The notes under the pieces were generated by a model. That model searched no databases. It saw nothing but the letters and a program-made list of their open reading frames with translations, and was not told the DNA's origin. DNA of 63,915 nucleotides, counting the filler, from an uncultured delta proteobacterium (GTDB taxonomy: Bacteria; Bdellovibrionota_C; UBA2361; CAIXSY01): assembly GCA_903922175.1 (NCBI GenBank). It is 7 parts of 7 records of this genome, joined end to end, with 100 filler letters (N's around TTAATTAATTAA, not from the genome) between each part and the next. Parts side by side here need not be neighbours in the genome. Positions count along the whole stretch, not along the records: positions 1 to 15,558 come from CAIXSY010000106.1; positions 15,659 to 18,668 come from CAIXSY010000108.1; 5 more parts are not named here. One strand, written 5' to 3'. This document shows positions 9,957 to 18,768 of the stretch, one piece after another (within the stretch, counting starts at the first letter, position 1; every line of letters starts with the position of its first letter). The position numbers and the translations under genes were made by a program.

Positions 9957-10784
9957 TTACCTTTGCGCCATTTCCGCCTGCAGCTCAGCCAGCGCCTGTG
10001 CCATAAGCCGGTAGGGATTCTTAACAAGGTAATTCGGGATAGTAATCGTATCTCCTGAGGTGATGGTCTCGGGGGTGGTAAGTCTATTGATTCGCGCTAT
10101 GCGCCCGTTGTTTGACGTCTCTAGCGTATACCAGCACGAGATGATTGAAACGGTTTCGCCAGGCAAGGTGACGTGGTGAATGAGATCTCCTCGGGGAGTT
10201 CGCTCTGCTATCTCCGTGGAGTTTCCGTCGACTATCTTACGTAAGGCTGATAACGAGATCTTCTCCGGCACGGGGATAGCTGCTTGGGCTGCCGAATCTG
10301 TCAGCGGTGAGACGAAGTGAGTTGCGCTCGCGTCGCCCTTGGCTACGGCCTCGGTGGGGCTGGCTGAGATCGGGTTGAGCGAGATCAGTGCCTGCTCTTG
10401 TTCTGGAGATAAGCCGAACGGGCCAGAGATAATCCAGCCTTCACGGTATTCTTCCAAGCTATAGTATCGGTGTGTGTCTGGGTAATAGAGGTCAAGGGTG
10501 ATGGGGGCGAACATGTTCCTATGCAGCTCTATCGCTCGCGGTGAGCCTTGGTGTGCGATAAACCCCTTAACCTCCGCTGAGCGTTCAATCTCCTTCGCGA
10601 TCAGCATATCAGCGGCTAGGTAGGGATTTTGGGGATTGAGGATCACGGGACCGCTACTGCTCAGGTGATCAAGGAGAGCGGGATCGAGATGCGTGGTCGA
10701 AAAACATCCGCTGCAGCATAGTAGGGCCACGGCGAGATAGAGCCGACGCCCGATCGAAAAGGTCTTTAGCCGCGTTTTGGTCAC
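9957..10784 (-). CDS. Putative lipoprotein with a C-terminal LysM-like domain
   Basis: Lipobox-like CSGC. The C-terminus HHVTLPGETVSIISCWY...IARINRL...ITSGDTITIP fits LysM. Confidence 0.7.
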   Translation of the reverse strand: MTKTRLKTFSIGRRLYLAVALLCCSGCFSTTHLDPALLDHLSSSGPVILNPQNPYLAADMLIAKEIERSAEVKGFIAHQGSPRAIELHRNMFAPITLDLYYPDTHRYYSLEEYREGWIISGPFGLSPEQEQALISLNPISASPTEAVAKGDASATHFVSPLTDSAAQAAIPVPEKISLSALRKIVDGNSTEIAERTPRGDLIHHVTLPGETVSIISCWYTLETSNNGRIARINRLTTPETITSGDTITIPNYLVKNPYRLMAQALAELQAEMAQR

Positions 10785-11377
10785 GGATGTGCCTTAACAC
10801 CGTAAAACTGTTCGAGCCCGCAGAGGGTGCCGCCTGCGGCGCTACGGGTCTGCTCCGTTAGAGTCAAGAGCAGGGCTGTTGCTGTGGAGGTGGCGGGTGA
10901 GATGCTATCGAGCGATGTTTCGACTTTTAGCGCTGTGCCTTCGAAATCGATGTTGACGAAGAGTTGGCCGGGGTCAGCGAGATCGCTGTTTTTCCCAGGT
11001 TCGTCGAATTGCGGGTGTTGCTTGCTAATCTCACTAGCAAGTTCCCAGGTAGAGTGCGCGATTGCTTCGGCAGAAGCAGTCTCGATGTGAGTAAGGGACT
11101 GCTCCCTCGGGCTGTTTCGCCCACGGTGAATTTCGCCGCACTCTATGAAAAGGCTAGATCCCTCAATTTTAAAATGCTCAAAATCAGTTTTCCGCAGTTC
11201 GCTGCGCGAGAGGAAGATCTCAATAGAGTTTAATGCTGGGGGAGTGGTCGTTGGCGACAGCGGGGGCGGTGCGTCGGGTTCGCCAAAAAATGTGCAGCAT
11301 TGGAGGAGTGCCAGCGCGCCAAGCAATAGCACTCTTGTCGGAGTTTGAAGAGAGCTTCGAATAACGCCGGACGTCAT
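10781..11377 (-). CDS. Hypothetical lipoprotein
   Basis: Hydrophobic signal ending LLQCC. The stop overlaps the next gene's start. The ATG at 11377 is preferred over 11434. Confidence 0.6.
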   Translation of the reverse strand: MTSGVIRSSLQTPTRVLLLGALALLQCCTFFGEPDAPPPLSPTTTPPALNSIEIFLSRSELRKTDFEHFKIEGSSLFIECGEIHRGRNSPREQSLTHIETASAEAIAHSTWELASEISKQHPQFDEPGKNSDLADPGQLFVNIDFEGTALKVETSLDSISPATSTATALLLTLTEQTRSAAGGTLCGLEQFYGVKAHP

Positions 11378-11437
11378 CGCTCCCCCTTTGCCGAGAGGTA
11401 ATTTTGCTGAATGGGTGTCAAAATATCTTCTCAAGCT

Positions 11438-11521
11438 TGCCGAAGAAGGGAATCGAACCCCTACTGAGTTTCCTCAACCAGATTTTGAGTCTGGCGCGTC
11501 TACCAATTCCGCCACTCCGGC
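11438..11521 (-). tRNA. tRNA-Leu(CAA), no encoded CCA
   Basis: Reverse complement reads gccggagtggcggaattggtagacgcg-ccaga-ctCAAaa-tctgg-[long variable arm]-ggggttcgattccc-ttcttcggca. Confidence 0.96.
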
Positions 11522-11645
11522 CTAGTTCACGTTTCCGTGCTGATTGTCTTTTCTGAGTACAGAATAGATTCGCTTGGCAGAGGAGTCAAGCTTTTGCGGT
11601 TATGTCGCTCTCCATGAATCCGCTTTCTGCGGACGGTATATTCGA

Positions 11646-12257
11646 TTAAAGTCCTCTGTGGCGCCCCTGTCGGTCAACCGCGCTCTTAATAAGGGTGTAA
11701 ATTCTTTGGAGCGAGTCTGGTGCTGGAAGGTTTTCAATTAAATTACGGTGGTGTGAGATTAGTTTCTCGCGCTCTAATGCCGAGAGGCTTGTCATGTGCA
11801 GGTGCCTTAGATCATCAAGAATCCTGGCAGAGGCAAGGGCGATATGGTGCTGGCTTAGCTGCGCTGTGTCGTTCTTCAGCAAAGGTTCTGGATAAGCGAG
11901 CCACTTTATAACCTTTAGTGCTAGTTCCCATGCCGTGGTCAGGCCAGCGGTGGGGGAGTGATCTGCCAGTTTCGGTGCACAGACGAGGGCGCAGGCACCT
12001 AAGACGATTGCCGATCTCTCGCCTGCTTCGCTGATGAGGATGTGCATCAGTCGAGCGGGACGGGGATTAAAAGATGCCCCAGGAATACGCTTGACTGGAT
12101 AGTCGTCGAGTGCACCCAACTGGGCCGCGACTGCATAGGCCTTCCAAACTTGTTCGACTTCGCAGTCATCTAGGTACCTTTTTAGAAGATCCCACACCCC
12201 TGGAGAATCAAACATCAGTTCGCCTTTTAGCGTTCTTTCGGACGAGGAATCAGTCAC
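11646..12257 (-). CDS. Degenerate RelA/SpoT-type HD-fold protein
   Basis: YL...EVEQVWKAY..A, R..G.SF...P.RL..IL and ARILDDLRHL follow the HD_4 pattern, but the LLHD position reads ALVC. Confidence 0.55.
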   Translation of the reverse strand: MTDSSSERTLKGELMFDSPGVWDLLKRYLDDCEVEQVWKAYAVAAQLGALDDYPVKRIPGASFNPRPARLMHILISEAGERSAIVLGACALVCAPKLADHSPTAGLTTAWELALKVIKWLAYPEPLLKNDTAQLSQHHIALASARILDDLRHLHMTSLSALEREKLISHHRNLIENLPAPDSLQRIYTLIKSAVDRQGRHRGL

Positions 12258-12437
12258 TTAGCCTCAAGCCTAGTTATATGTGGTATGAGCATTCTACGAG
12301 TATGCAAAACATTATATATTGATTTCAGGACCTTATGTATATAGCGGGTTATAGTAGTGGCATAAGGTTCTACAAATGCATAGTATACAGGTGAAATTTA
12401 GGATTGGTGTGTAGGGGCGGCCTGTTTTAGTTTCATA

Positions 12438-12470
12438 GTGTAATTCATAATTTAATCGTGTAATTCATAA
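12438..12470 (+). promoter_or_regulatory. 13-bp direct repeat (gtgtaattcataa x2, 20-bp period), candidate regulator binding site
   Basis: Copies at 12438-12450 and 12458-12470, just upstream of ATG 12476 in a divergent intergenic region. Confidence 0.45.
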
Positions 12471-12475
12471 ATAGT

Positions 12476-13369
12476 ATGACTAGGTGCGGCATTGTAAAGT
12501 TGCTTATTGGCCTCTGCTTGGGGGCAGGGGTTATGTGCAGCTTGCAGCTTGCATGGGCGGAAGACGTGTCAGGTGAGGTACCTTCCGAAGTACCGGTCGA
12601 ATCGATTAAGGTTTCGACTCCCGTATACCACCCAGATTTTTCGAGCTTTACTCCTCAGTTAGGTACCTACAACTACACGGTTGGTTGGGAGGGGATTCCG
12701 GCAGCCGATTGCTCCGTTTCGGTAGAGCGTGATTCAGACGGAAACTTCGAAATTGGCGCTACGGCAAGCACGTATACGGGGGTAAGCATTTTCTATAAGC
12801 TTCGCTACGTTGCAAAAGGTGTACTGACCGCAGCTGATCTACTCCCGACGAAGACCTCAATGCTGCTGCAGGAAAACTCGAAAATAAGAAACACCGAGAT
12901 AGCATTTCACCCTGATGGAAGTATCGATGCGGTGCGTACGACCAAGGGCCAAAATCCTAAGACACTGAGATTTAATCCTGAAAACTTTACGCTCGACCCC
13001 TTTGCTGCAGCCTTCATCGCCCGCTCGGTTGACTGGAAGGTTGGGGAGACAAGACAGTTTGATACTTTCAATGGCAAGAATCGCTACCTGGTAAGTCTTA
13101 CGGCGATTGGCCAGGAGAAGCTCGAGTACAATGACGTGGAATATGATGTGTGGGTTATTGAACCTCGAGTTACCTCTCTTTCCGCCTCCACCGTGGCAAA
13201 GAAGCTTCGAAGCGCAAAGATTTATATGACGACCGATTCAAAGCACGACATTCTTAAAGTTGAGAGCAGTGTCTTTATTGGTTCGGTCGCTGCAGAGCTT
13301 GACTCCTTTGTGCCCTCAACGCGGGCGATTCAGGTGGCAGAGCACGCGCAGGGCAATCGCAAGAGCTAG
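12476..13369 (+). CDS. DUF3108-like secreted beta-rich protein
   Basis: Signal peptide, YTVGWEGIPAA, TLDPFAA, FNGKNRY and KIYMTTD...ILKVESSVFIGSV. Confidence 0.7.
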   Translation: MTRCGIVKLLIGLCLGAGVMCSLQLAWAEDVSGEVPSEVPVESIKVSTPVYHPDFSSFTPQLGTYNYTVGWEGIPAADCSVSVERDSDGNFEIGATASTYTGVSIFYKLRYVAKGVLTAADLLPTKTSMLLQENSKIRNTEIAFHPDGSIDAVRTTKGQNPKTLRFNPENFTLDPFAAAFIARSVDWKVGETRQFDTFNGKNRYLVSLTAIGQEKLEYNDVEYDVWVIEPRVTSLSASTVAKKLRSAKIYMTTDSKHDILKVESSVFIGSVAAELDSFVPSTRAIQVAEHAQGNRKS

Positions 13370-13381
13370 GGCAGATACTTT

Positions 13382-14782
13382 CTACATCCCCAAGCTCGAC
13401 AGGCTATTCTGCTGCGAATTAAGCTTGCCGATCAGTGATTCCAAGCGCGAGAAACGTGCGGTCATGGACTGCTCCTCTTGTGCCAGAAACTTCTCGATGT
13501 CGGTCACTCGGTTACTCAGTGAGGTAATCTGCGATTTATTTGAGTTGACCTGGGCGTCAATCAGGCCGCCGAAGCGGCTAAATTGGGCGATGGTCCCGTC
13601 GACGGCGCCTAGGGTTTCACCCAGATTTTGGAGCAGCGTAGCACTGCTTCCCGAGTCGCTGAGGGTAGCGTTTGAAAATACAGTGGTGTCAAACTTGAGA
13701 GTCCCGTCGCGCTGTGTCGTAATGCCCAGGTCGGCTAGGGTGTTGACGGTGTTGCCGCTGAGAGACACCGAAGAGAGCGCGCTCCGGAGCGAGGACACCA
13801 CACTGTTGTCGACGGAGGTTTTTGCGAGCGGGCCAAAAACATTGCTCACCTCTTTACCATCCTCGTTCCGGGTAACGCTATTGTTGTCGGTCACGTACTT
13901 AAGAATGTCATTATAGGCAGTCACAAAATCTTGAACGTTCTGAGTGGAGCTTGTGGTGTCGTCGCTGACACTTACGGTTGCGCTTCCTGTGCCGCGAAGG
14001 GAGAGGGTGAGGTTGCTGATTACGTCGGTCACATCGTTCGACTGTCGGGTAATAGTCCCACTTATTCCAGAGACGCCAAACTGAGCGTTTTGAGCCTGGG
14101 TCAATGTCGATCCGCTAAAGGAACCAGCTCCACTTACCGCGGATCCTACGCTGACACTTAATTGCCCCTTGTCGCTTCCCTGGTTGAGCGAATTGATAAC
14201 TACGGCATAGGAGGGTGAGGTTGTTGTGCCTACGTTAACCAAGCTGGCTTGAGCCTTGGTCGTTGCGTTGTTAAATTGACTGACGAACTGGGCGCTCGTC
14301 GTGCCGCTGGTGAGGGCGATGTCAACCGTCTGCAGATCGGAGCCGCTGCCGATATCCACACTAATGGTTCTGTCAGCGGCGGGAGCTGCGTCGTTAATAC
14401 CCGAATTAATCGCCGTATCTGTATCGCTGAAGCGATCATTAAATGAAAAAGTGGCGGCGCGCGCCAGTTGCCCCACACTCACCGAATATGTCGCATTGGT
14501 AGCACCATTACTCGCCGTTGCTGACACCTTCGTCTCGTCCGACGAAGTTCCATTCTTACTGAGCGCGCCGCCGTTAACTAACCTAAATTTGTCTACCGCG
14601 CTTTTGAACTTGTCGAGCAGGGTGCGCAGTGATCCGAGAGAGTCATCGGTGTCGGTGAGTGAGGTGATCTGGGTTTGGAGTGGTTGGATGCGCACCTGGC
14701 GCTGGGAATCAAGGGTGGCCTTGATCAGAGAGGCCGTGTCGATACCAGATGCAATACCAGAGAAACTAATTAGTGAAGCCAT
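13382..14782 (-). CDS. fliD: Flagellar filament cap protein
   Basis: N-terminal FSGIASGIDT..LI, GQLARA, AQNAQF, SNDVTDVI, LADLGI...DGTL and C-terminal ARFSRLESLI..LNSQ. Confidence 0.95.
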   Translation of the reverse strand: MASLISFSGIASGIDTASLIKATLDSQRQVRIQPLQTQITSLTDTDDSLGSLRTLLDKFKSAVDKFRLVNGGALSKNGTSSDETKVSATASNGATNATYSVSVGQLARAATFSFNDRFSDTDTAINSGINDAAPAADRTISVDIGSGSDLQTVDIALTSGTTSAQFVSQFNNATTKAQASLVNVGTTTSPSYAVVINSLNQGSDKGQLSVSVGSAVSGAGSFSGSTLTQAQNAQFGVSGISGTITRQSNDVTDVISNLTLSLRGTGSATVSVSDDTTSSTQNVQDFVTAYNDILKYVTDNNSVTRNEDGKEVSNVFGPLAKTSVDNSVVSSLRSALSSVSLSGNTVNTLADLGITTQRDGTLKFDTTVFSNATLSDSGSSATLLQNLGETLGAVDGTIAQFSRFGGLIDAQVNSNKSQITSLSNRVTDIEKFLAQEEQSMTARFSRLESLIGKLNSQQNSLSSLGM

Positions 14783-14857
14783 ACTACCTTCCTTAGTAGA
14801 AACAACTCTGTGACGCGTTCCTTCGCATCGGGCCTCGTTACTAGCCTGATAAGGATA

Positions 14858-14884
14858 GTATCGGAGCGTAAAAATAGAACTTTA
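14858..14884 (-). promoter_or_regulatory. Sigma-28 (FliA) promoter of fliD
   Basis: Minus strand TAAAGTTC-N11-TCCGATAC, close to the consensus TAAAGTTT-N11-GCCGATAA. Confidence 0.8.
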
Positions 14885-15008
14885 TCTCTTTCTTACTTTA
14901 GCTAATGAAAACAGATGATTAGTTCATGCCCGGCAATCATTATTTTGCAGATGCGCAGATCTGCTCCAGCGGGCATGAACTGGCCAGATTGGTCATCGAA
15001 GGCCCTCG

Positions 15009-15374
15009 TTATATCTCACCGGCGATAGGCATTTTTACAGAGGAAGAGAACATCGAGACCGCATGTACATACCCCTTAAGGTCGCATCCAATCACTGCAC
15101 AGGCGAGGCATAGAACGGTCAAACAAAGAAGAATTCGCCAGTGGTGGCTTGTGCGGACGGCGCGCGCACATAGAAATGAAATACCACCTAATCCCGCGAG
15201 CAACGCACTCCCTGTCGAGTTGAACACTAGAAACCAAGCCACTCCACACACGGAGATACCTTCAAGGGATGCAACTTGTATCCACTGTCCTTCTTCAGAG
15301 GGGGATGCGCATTGAACCAACCGAAACTGACACCAGTCCAAAACGCAAAACACAAGAGAAAGGCGGATTTCCAA
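15009..15374 (-). CDS. Hypothetical membrane protein (possibly a fragment)
   Basis: 121-aa ORF with several hydrophobic segments and a weak start. Confidence 0.3.
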   Translation of the reverse strand: MEIRLSLVFCVLDWCQFRLVQCASPSEEGQWIQVASLEGISVCGVAWFLVFNSTGSALLAGLGGISFLCARAVRTSHHWRILLCLTVLCLACAVIGCDLKGYVHAVSMFSSSVKMPIAGEI

Positions 15375-15476
15375 ATATAACCGATCAGGGGGACACGAGA
15401 TTCAGTCGAATTGTGGCAACTTTGTAAAAAGATTGGTATCTAGTCAGCGCCATTGGAAGGGGCGCAATAAACGCTA

Positions 15477-15517
15477 TGTTTCACACGGAGATCCACCGAG
15501 GTCTCACGGAGTTACAC
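15477..15517. repeat. 9-mer-type core repeat (cacggag family)
   Basis: tgtttcacacggagatccaccgaggtctcacggagttacac is near-identical to the reverse complement of 31661-31701. Confidence 0.7.
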
Positions 15518-15558
15518 GGAGGGGATAGTGCTGGCCCCACCACGCAGCCTCCTGTGGA

Positions 15559-15658
15559 NNNNNNNNNNNNNNNNNNNNNNNNNNNNNNNNNNNNNNNNNN
15601 NNTTAATTAATTAANNNNNNNNNNNNNNNNNNNNNNNNNNNNNNNNNNNNNNNNNNNN
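15559..15658. other. Artificial contig linker
   Basis: N44-TTAATTAATTAA-N44; the 12-mer places stops in all six frames. Confidence 0.98.
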
Positions 15659-15659
15659 A

Positions 15660-15809
15660 GCACAGGGGAAGTCCTGGTATTTCTCTATATACTTTAAGTA
15701 CCGTGAGGTATCGGAGAAGTTTAGGGGTGGGGACCTTCGGGCGAAGTTCCCAGCGGGGACGTACAGGCCTCCGACGTTTACAGTTGGGTATGGTGGGACG
15801 ATAGTTTAG
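15660..15809 (+). mobile_element. C-terminal fragment of a probable RAYT/Y1-type transposase, cut by the contig start
   Basis: Translates AQGKSWYFSIYFKYREVSEKFRGGDLRAKFPAGTYRPP...*, resembling the Y.EAS..FR.GD....FP.GT..P tail of RAYT-like proteins. Confidence 0.5.
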
Positions 15810-16190
15810 AGAGACGGAATCTTTGCGCTCTTATTGAAAATTGCCGATCTTGTGACTCGGCACAACATAATCGAGTCTTCTTTGTGATTGCGGCGCTGCA
15901 ATTAGTCATCAGTGTTTCCAACATCCACAATTTTGCGCATTTCTGAGCGGTATGTTCACTAACTTATCGCGTTCCACTGCCTGTCTAAGTATCAGGAGTG
16001 GTGATTTTGGGCAATCTTGGTTATTGAGTTACAGATATTATTACTGCGTTCATTTTCGCGCAGTCACTGAGGAAAAACGAGGGAGAAAAACGAGGGAAAA
16101 ACGAGGGGGGGGGGGAAACGAGGGGGGGGCGAGCAGTTACCTGACTTGTCCCTATTTCATCCTGCCCCGATAGCGTGCTATTTAACTCCT

Positions 16191-16712
16191 ATGAAAATTA
16201 ACCAACGTATCCTTCTAGCAATCCTCGTCTGCCTTGGCGGTTGCGGTGGCGGTAACCCAAGCGCCCCAACTCTGCAAAATATCTCGCTCGGCACAAATTA
16301 CGTACAGACCGGCTCCGTAATTACCACGTGGCTCGCCTTTCGAGTTTCCGCGACAAAGGGCAACGACGGCCAGCTCAGCGATCCGTTTTCAGCGGTTGTA
16401 AATCTTCCGATCGGAGCCGCGCTGATCCCAGAAACTTCCTTTATCCCCAGCGAATCGGCCCCCCCTCGCCCACCCGACGTGCAAGGAACCTGTCCGGATG
16501 GAAGCACATATATGATCTATAATTTCCAACGCGGCGAGTTCAATGATCAGTATCACTTTAATGACTACACCTCGGTCATGTATTTTAACATCCTCGTCGT
16601 TGCAGCGGCCGACCAAAGAGATATCACCGGAGCCACCTCGCTTTCACCTATAGTGGATGGGTGTGCTTTTGAGTCAGAGGCCACGGCCGAACTCAGGGTC
16701 TCCGCGTCATAA
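16191..16712 (+). CDS. Hypothetical lipoprotein
   Basis: MKINQRILLAILVCLGGC-GGG lipoprotein signal from the ATG at 16191. Confidence 0.7.
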   Translation: MKINQRILLAILVCLGGCGGGNPSAPTLQNISLGTNYVQTGSVITTWLAFRVSATKGNDGQLSDPFSAVVNLPIGAALIPETSFIPSESAPPRPPDVQGTCPDGSTYMIYNFQRGEFNDQYHFNDYTSVMYFNILVVAAADQRDITGATSLSPIVDGCAFESEATAELRVSAS

Positions 16713-16744
16713 CATATTAGGACTCTCAGATAACGAGGTACCTC

Positions 16745-18466
16745 ATGCACACGTCGCCTGATATCTTCGGGACCGAACAATCAAATGCAGTTCAAGCAGC
16801 ATTTAAAGAGCGCTATCACAAAGTAATTGAGTATTTCTTCTCACGCAACGCCACGTACTGGCCCTGCTTCGCCGATCCCGGCTTCCGTGGCATTATCGAC
16901 TTTCGCGCGCACCACCTCCATCCTGACCTGCGCCTCGCGAGCTACCCACGCGGCACAGAGCTTCTGACAGAGCTCCGTCAGGAGCAGAATGTACGCCATG
17001 AAATACTCATTCCCAACGGCAAAGCCAACGATCTCCTCGAATTCGCAGCGGCACTCTCCAAGGATTGGGAGAATCCGTCCAGCGTAGAAAACGTGGTAAG
17101 CATGCCCTGCGATCCGGGAATCTATGGCTCAATGGTGGGTTCACTTGCCAATCCCAACCTCGTCTACAGCGAGTACGCCGGCATGGCGGCTGAGCTTGAA
17201 GCCAGCGTTATCCGCCAAATCGCCTCTCTCGTTGGCTACGATCCGGCCCAAGCGAGCGGGATCTTTACGCAGGGTGGCACCTTCTGCAACCTTTACGGCT
17301 ACCTTACCGGGATTCGCAAATCACTGCCGGATGCCAAGCGCTTCGGGATGGGACACACCCACGACTACCGCATCATAAACTCCCAGGGCGGACACTATTC
17401 TAACATCACCAACCTTTCGCTTCTCGGCGTCGACATCCAGAACAAAACCATCCGCATAAAGATGAACGAGAACAACGATATCGATCTGAAGGATCTCGAG
17501 CGCCACCTTCATGCCTGTTTCCGACTTGGCTGCGCCGTTCCGACGATCATGCTCACCATGGGAACCACCGACACCTTCGCCGTGGATTCGGTACGCGCCG
17601 TGTGCGAGCTACGCGATAGCCTCTGCGAACAATACGAGGTCCGCATCAAGCCCCACGTGCACGTCGACTCGGCGATCGGCTGGTCGATGATCTTTTTTCT
17701 CAATTATGACTTCACCAACAACCCTCTAAGCATCAATGCCGAGGCCCTCGCCGGTCTCAAGCTCAACAGCCTGCGCTTTCAGGATCTTAAATGCGCAGAC
17801 TCGTTTACCATTGATTTTCAGAAGTGGGGCTACGTCCCCTACACCTCAAGCTTAGTCATGTTCAAAAACAAAGAGGATATTAAGTATCTCGAGAACGATC
17901 CGCTCAACTTCTCCTACTTCGAGCGTGACCTACAGGGGCGCTCTTATTTGCAATCAACGATCGAGTGCTCACGCGGCGCGGCTGGACTTTTCGGCGCCTA
18001 TAGCGCGCTCAAATACCTCGGGGTTGAGGGCTATCAGATGATCATCGCCCACTGCTTACAAAACGCCAACTACTGCCGCTATAAACTGCATGAGCTGGCG
18101 TACGTCAAAGTGCTCGTCCCGCTCAATCAAGGCCCGAGCGTAGGGTTTAGAATGTACAATCCGGCACTCATAAAAGATGCCGAGGCGGAGTTTGCCTACG
18201 AATACGGCATTACCCCCAGCGACGAGTATCAGGCACGCTTAAAGCGCAACAACGACTGGCACCGCGCTTTTTTTCTTAGCCGTGGTAAGATCGGACTCTA
18301 TAACAGCTGGGTAGAATTCGTTGCTCACACCGGCTACGACGAGCATCGCCGATTCCACCGCCTACCTGGAGAAAAAGCGGTATTCATGAATCCGGCGACG
18401 ACGCATGCCGAGATCGATGCCTTCGTTTCCAACTTGCGCTCGGCGGAGGGCAAGGCCGCCGCCTAG
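16745..18466 (+). CDS. Group II pyridoxal-phosphate-dependent decarboxylase
   Basis: GIFTQGGT..N, GTTDTFAVD, HVDSAIG and the PLP lysine in DSFTIDFQKWGYVPY. Confidence 0.9.
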   Translation: MHTSPDIFGTEQSNAVQAAFKERYHKVIEYFFSRNATYWPCFADPGFRGIIDFRAHHLHPDLRLASYPRGTELLTELRQEQNVRHEILIPNGKANDLLEFAAALSKDWENPSSVENVVSMPCDPGIYGSMVGSLANPNLVYSEYAGMAAELEASVIRQIASLVGYDPAQASGIFTQGGTFCNLYGYLTGIRKSLPDAKRFGMGHTHDYRIINSQGGHYSNITNLSLLGVDIQNKTIRIKMNENNDIDLKDLERHLHACFRLGCAVPTIMLTMGTTDTFAVDSVRAVCELRDSLCEQYEVRIKPHVHVDSAIGWSMIFFLNYDFTNNPLSINAEALAGLKLNSLRFQDLKCADSFTIDFQKWGYVPYTSSLVMFKNKEDIKYLENDPLNFSYFERDLQGRSYLQSTIECSRGAAGLFGAYSALKYLGVEGYQMIIAHCLQNANYCRYKLHELAYVKVLVPLNQGPSVGFRMYNPALIKDAEAEFAYEYGITPSDEYQARLKRNNDWHRAFFLSRGKIGLYNSWVEFVAHTGYDEHRRFHRLPGEKAVFMNPATTHAEIDAFVSNLRSAEGKAAA

Positions 18467-18480
18467 ATGCCTTGATCTGT

Positions 18481-18576
18481 GGTAATTACTCATTAGCTTC
18501 ACTTAGCCTTATCCTTAGCCCTAGCCTTTTCCTTAATACTTATGAAGGTTTAAGGCGAAAGGCGAAGGCTAGGGCT
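18481..18576. repeat. Shell-A-like start with a tagcc(t/c) hexamer palindrome
   Basis: ggtaattactcatt followed by ttagcc/ttatcc/ctagcc and inverted aaggcg/aaggct arms. A similar core lies at 44885-44950. Confidence 0.6.
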
Positions 18577-18668
18577 TTTGAAAGAATCTTTTCTGGTCGG
18601 CCTTCGTCCCACGGCCTCTCCCCTCGGCCAAGTTCAGAACTACGCTCGATGCCGCTCTGTCTAACTGC

Positions 18669-18768
18669 NNNNNNNNNNNNNNNNNNNNNNNNNNNNNNNN
18701 NNNNNNNNNNNNTTAATTAATTAANNNNNNNNNNNNNNNNNNNNNNNNNNNNNNNNNNNNNNNNNNNN
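18669..18768. other. Artificial contig linker
   Basis: N44-TTAATTAATTAA-N44. Confidence 0.98.

Noticed and set aside
11438..11521. tRNA-Leu as the integration site of an island
   Set aside because: No integrase and no duplicated tRNA 3' end were found in this contig.
16069..16130. G-rich gggaaaaacga repeats and poly-G runs as a phase-variation switch
   Set aside because: They are intergenic and adjoin a repeat terminus; a low-quality or repeat-derived tract is equally likely.
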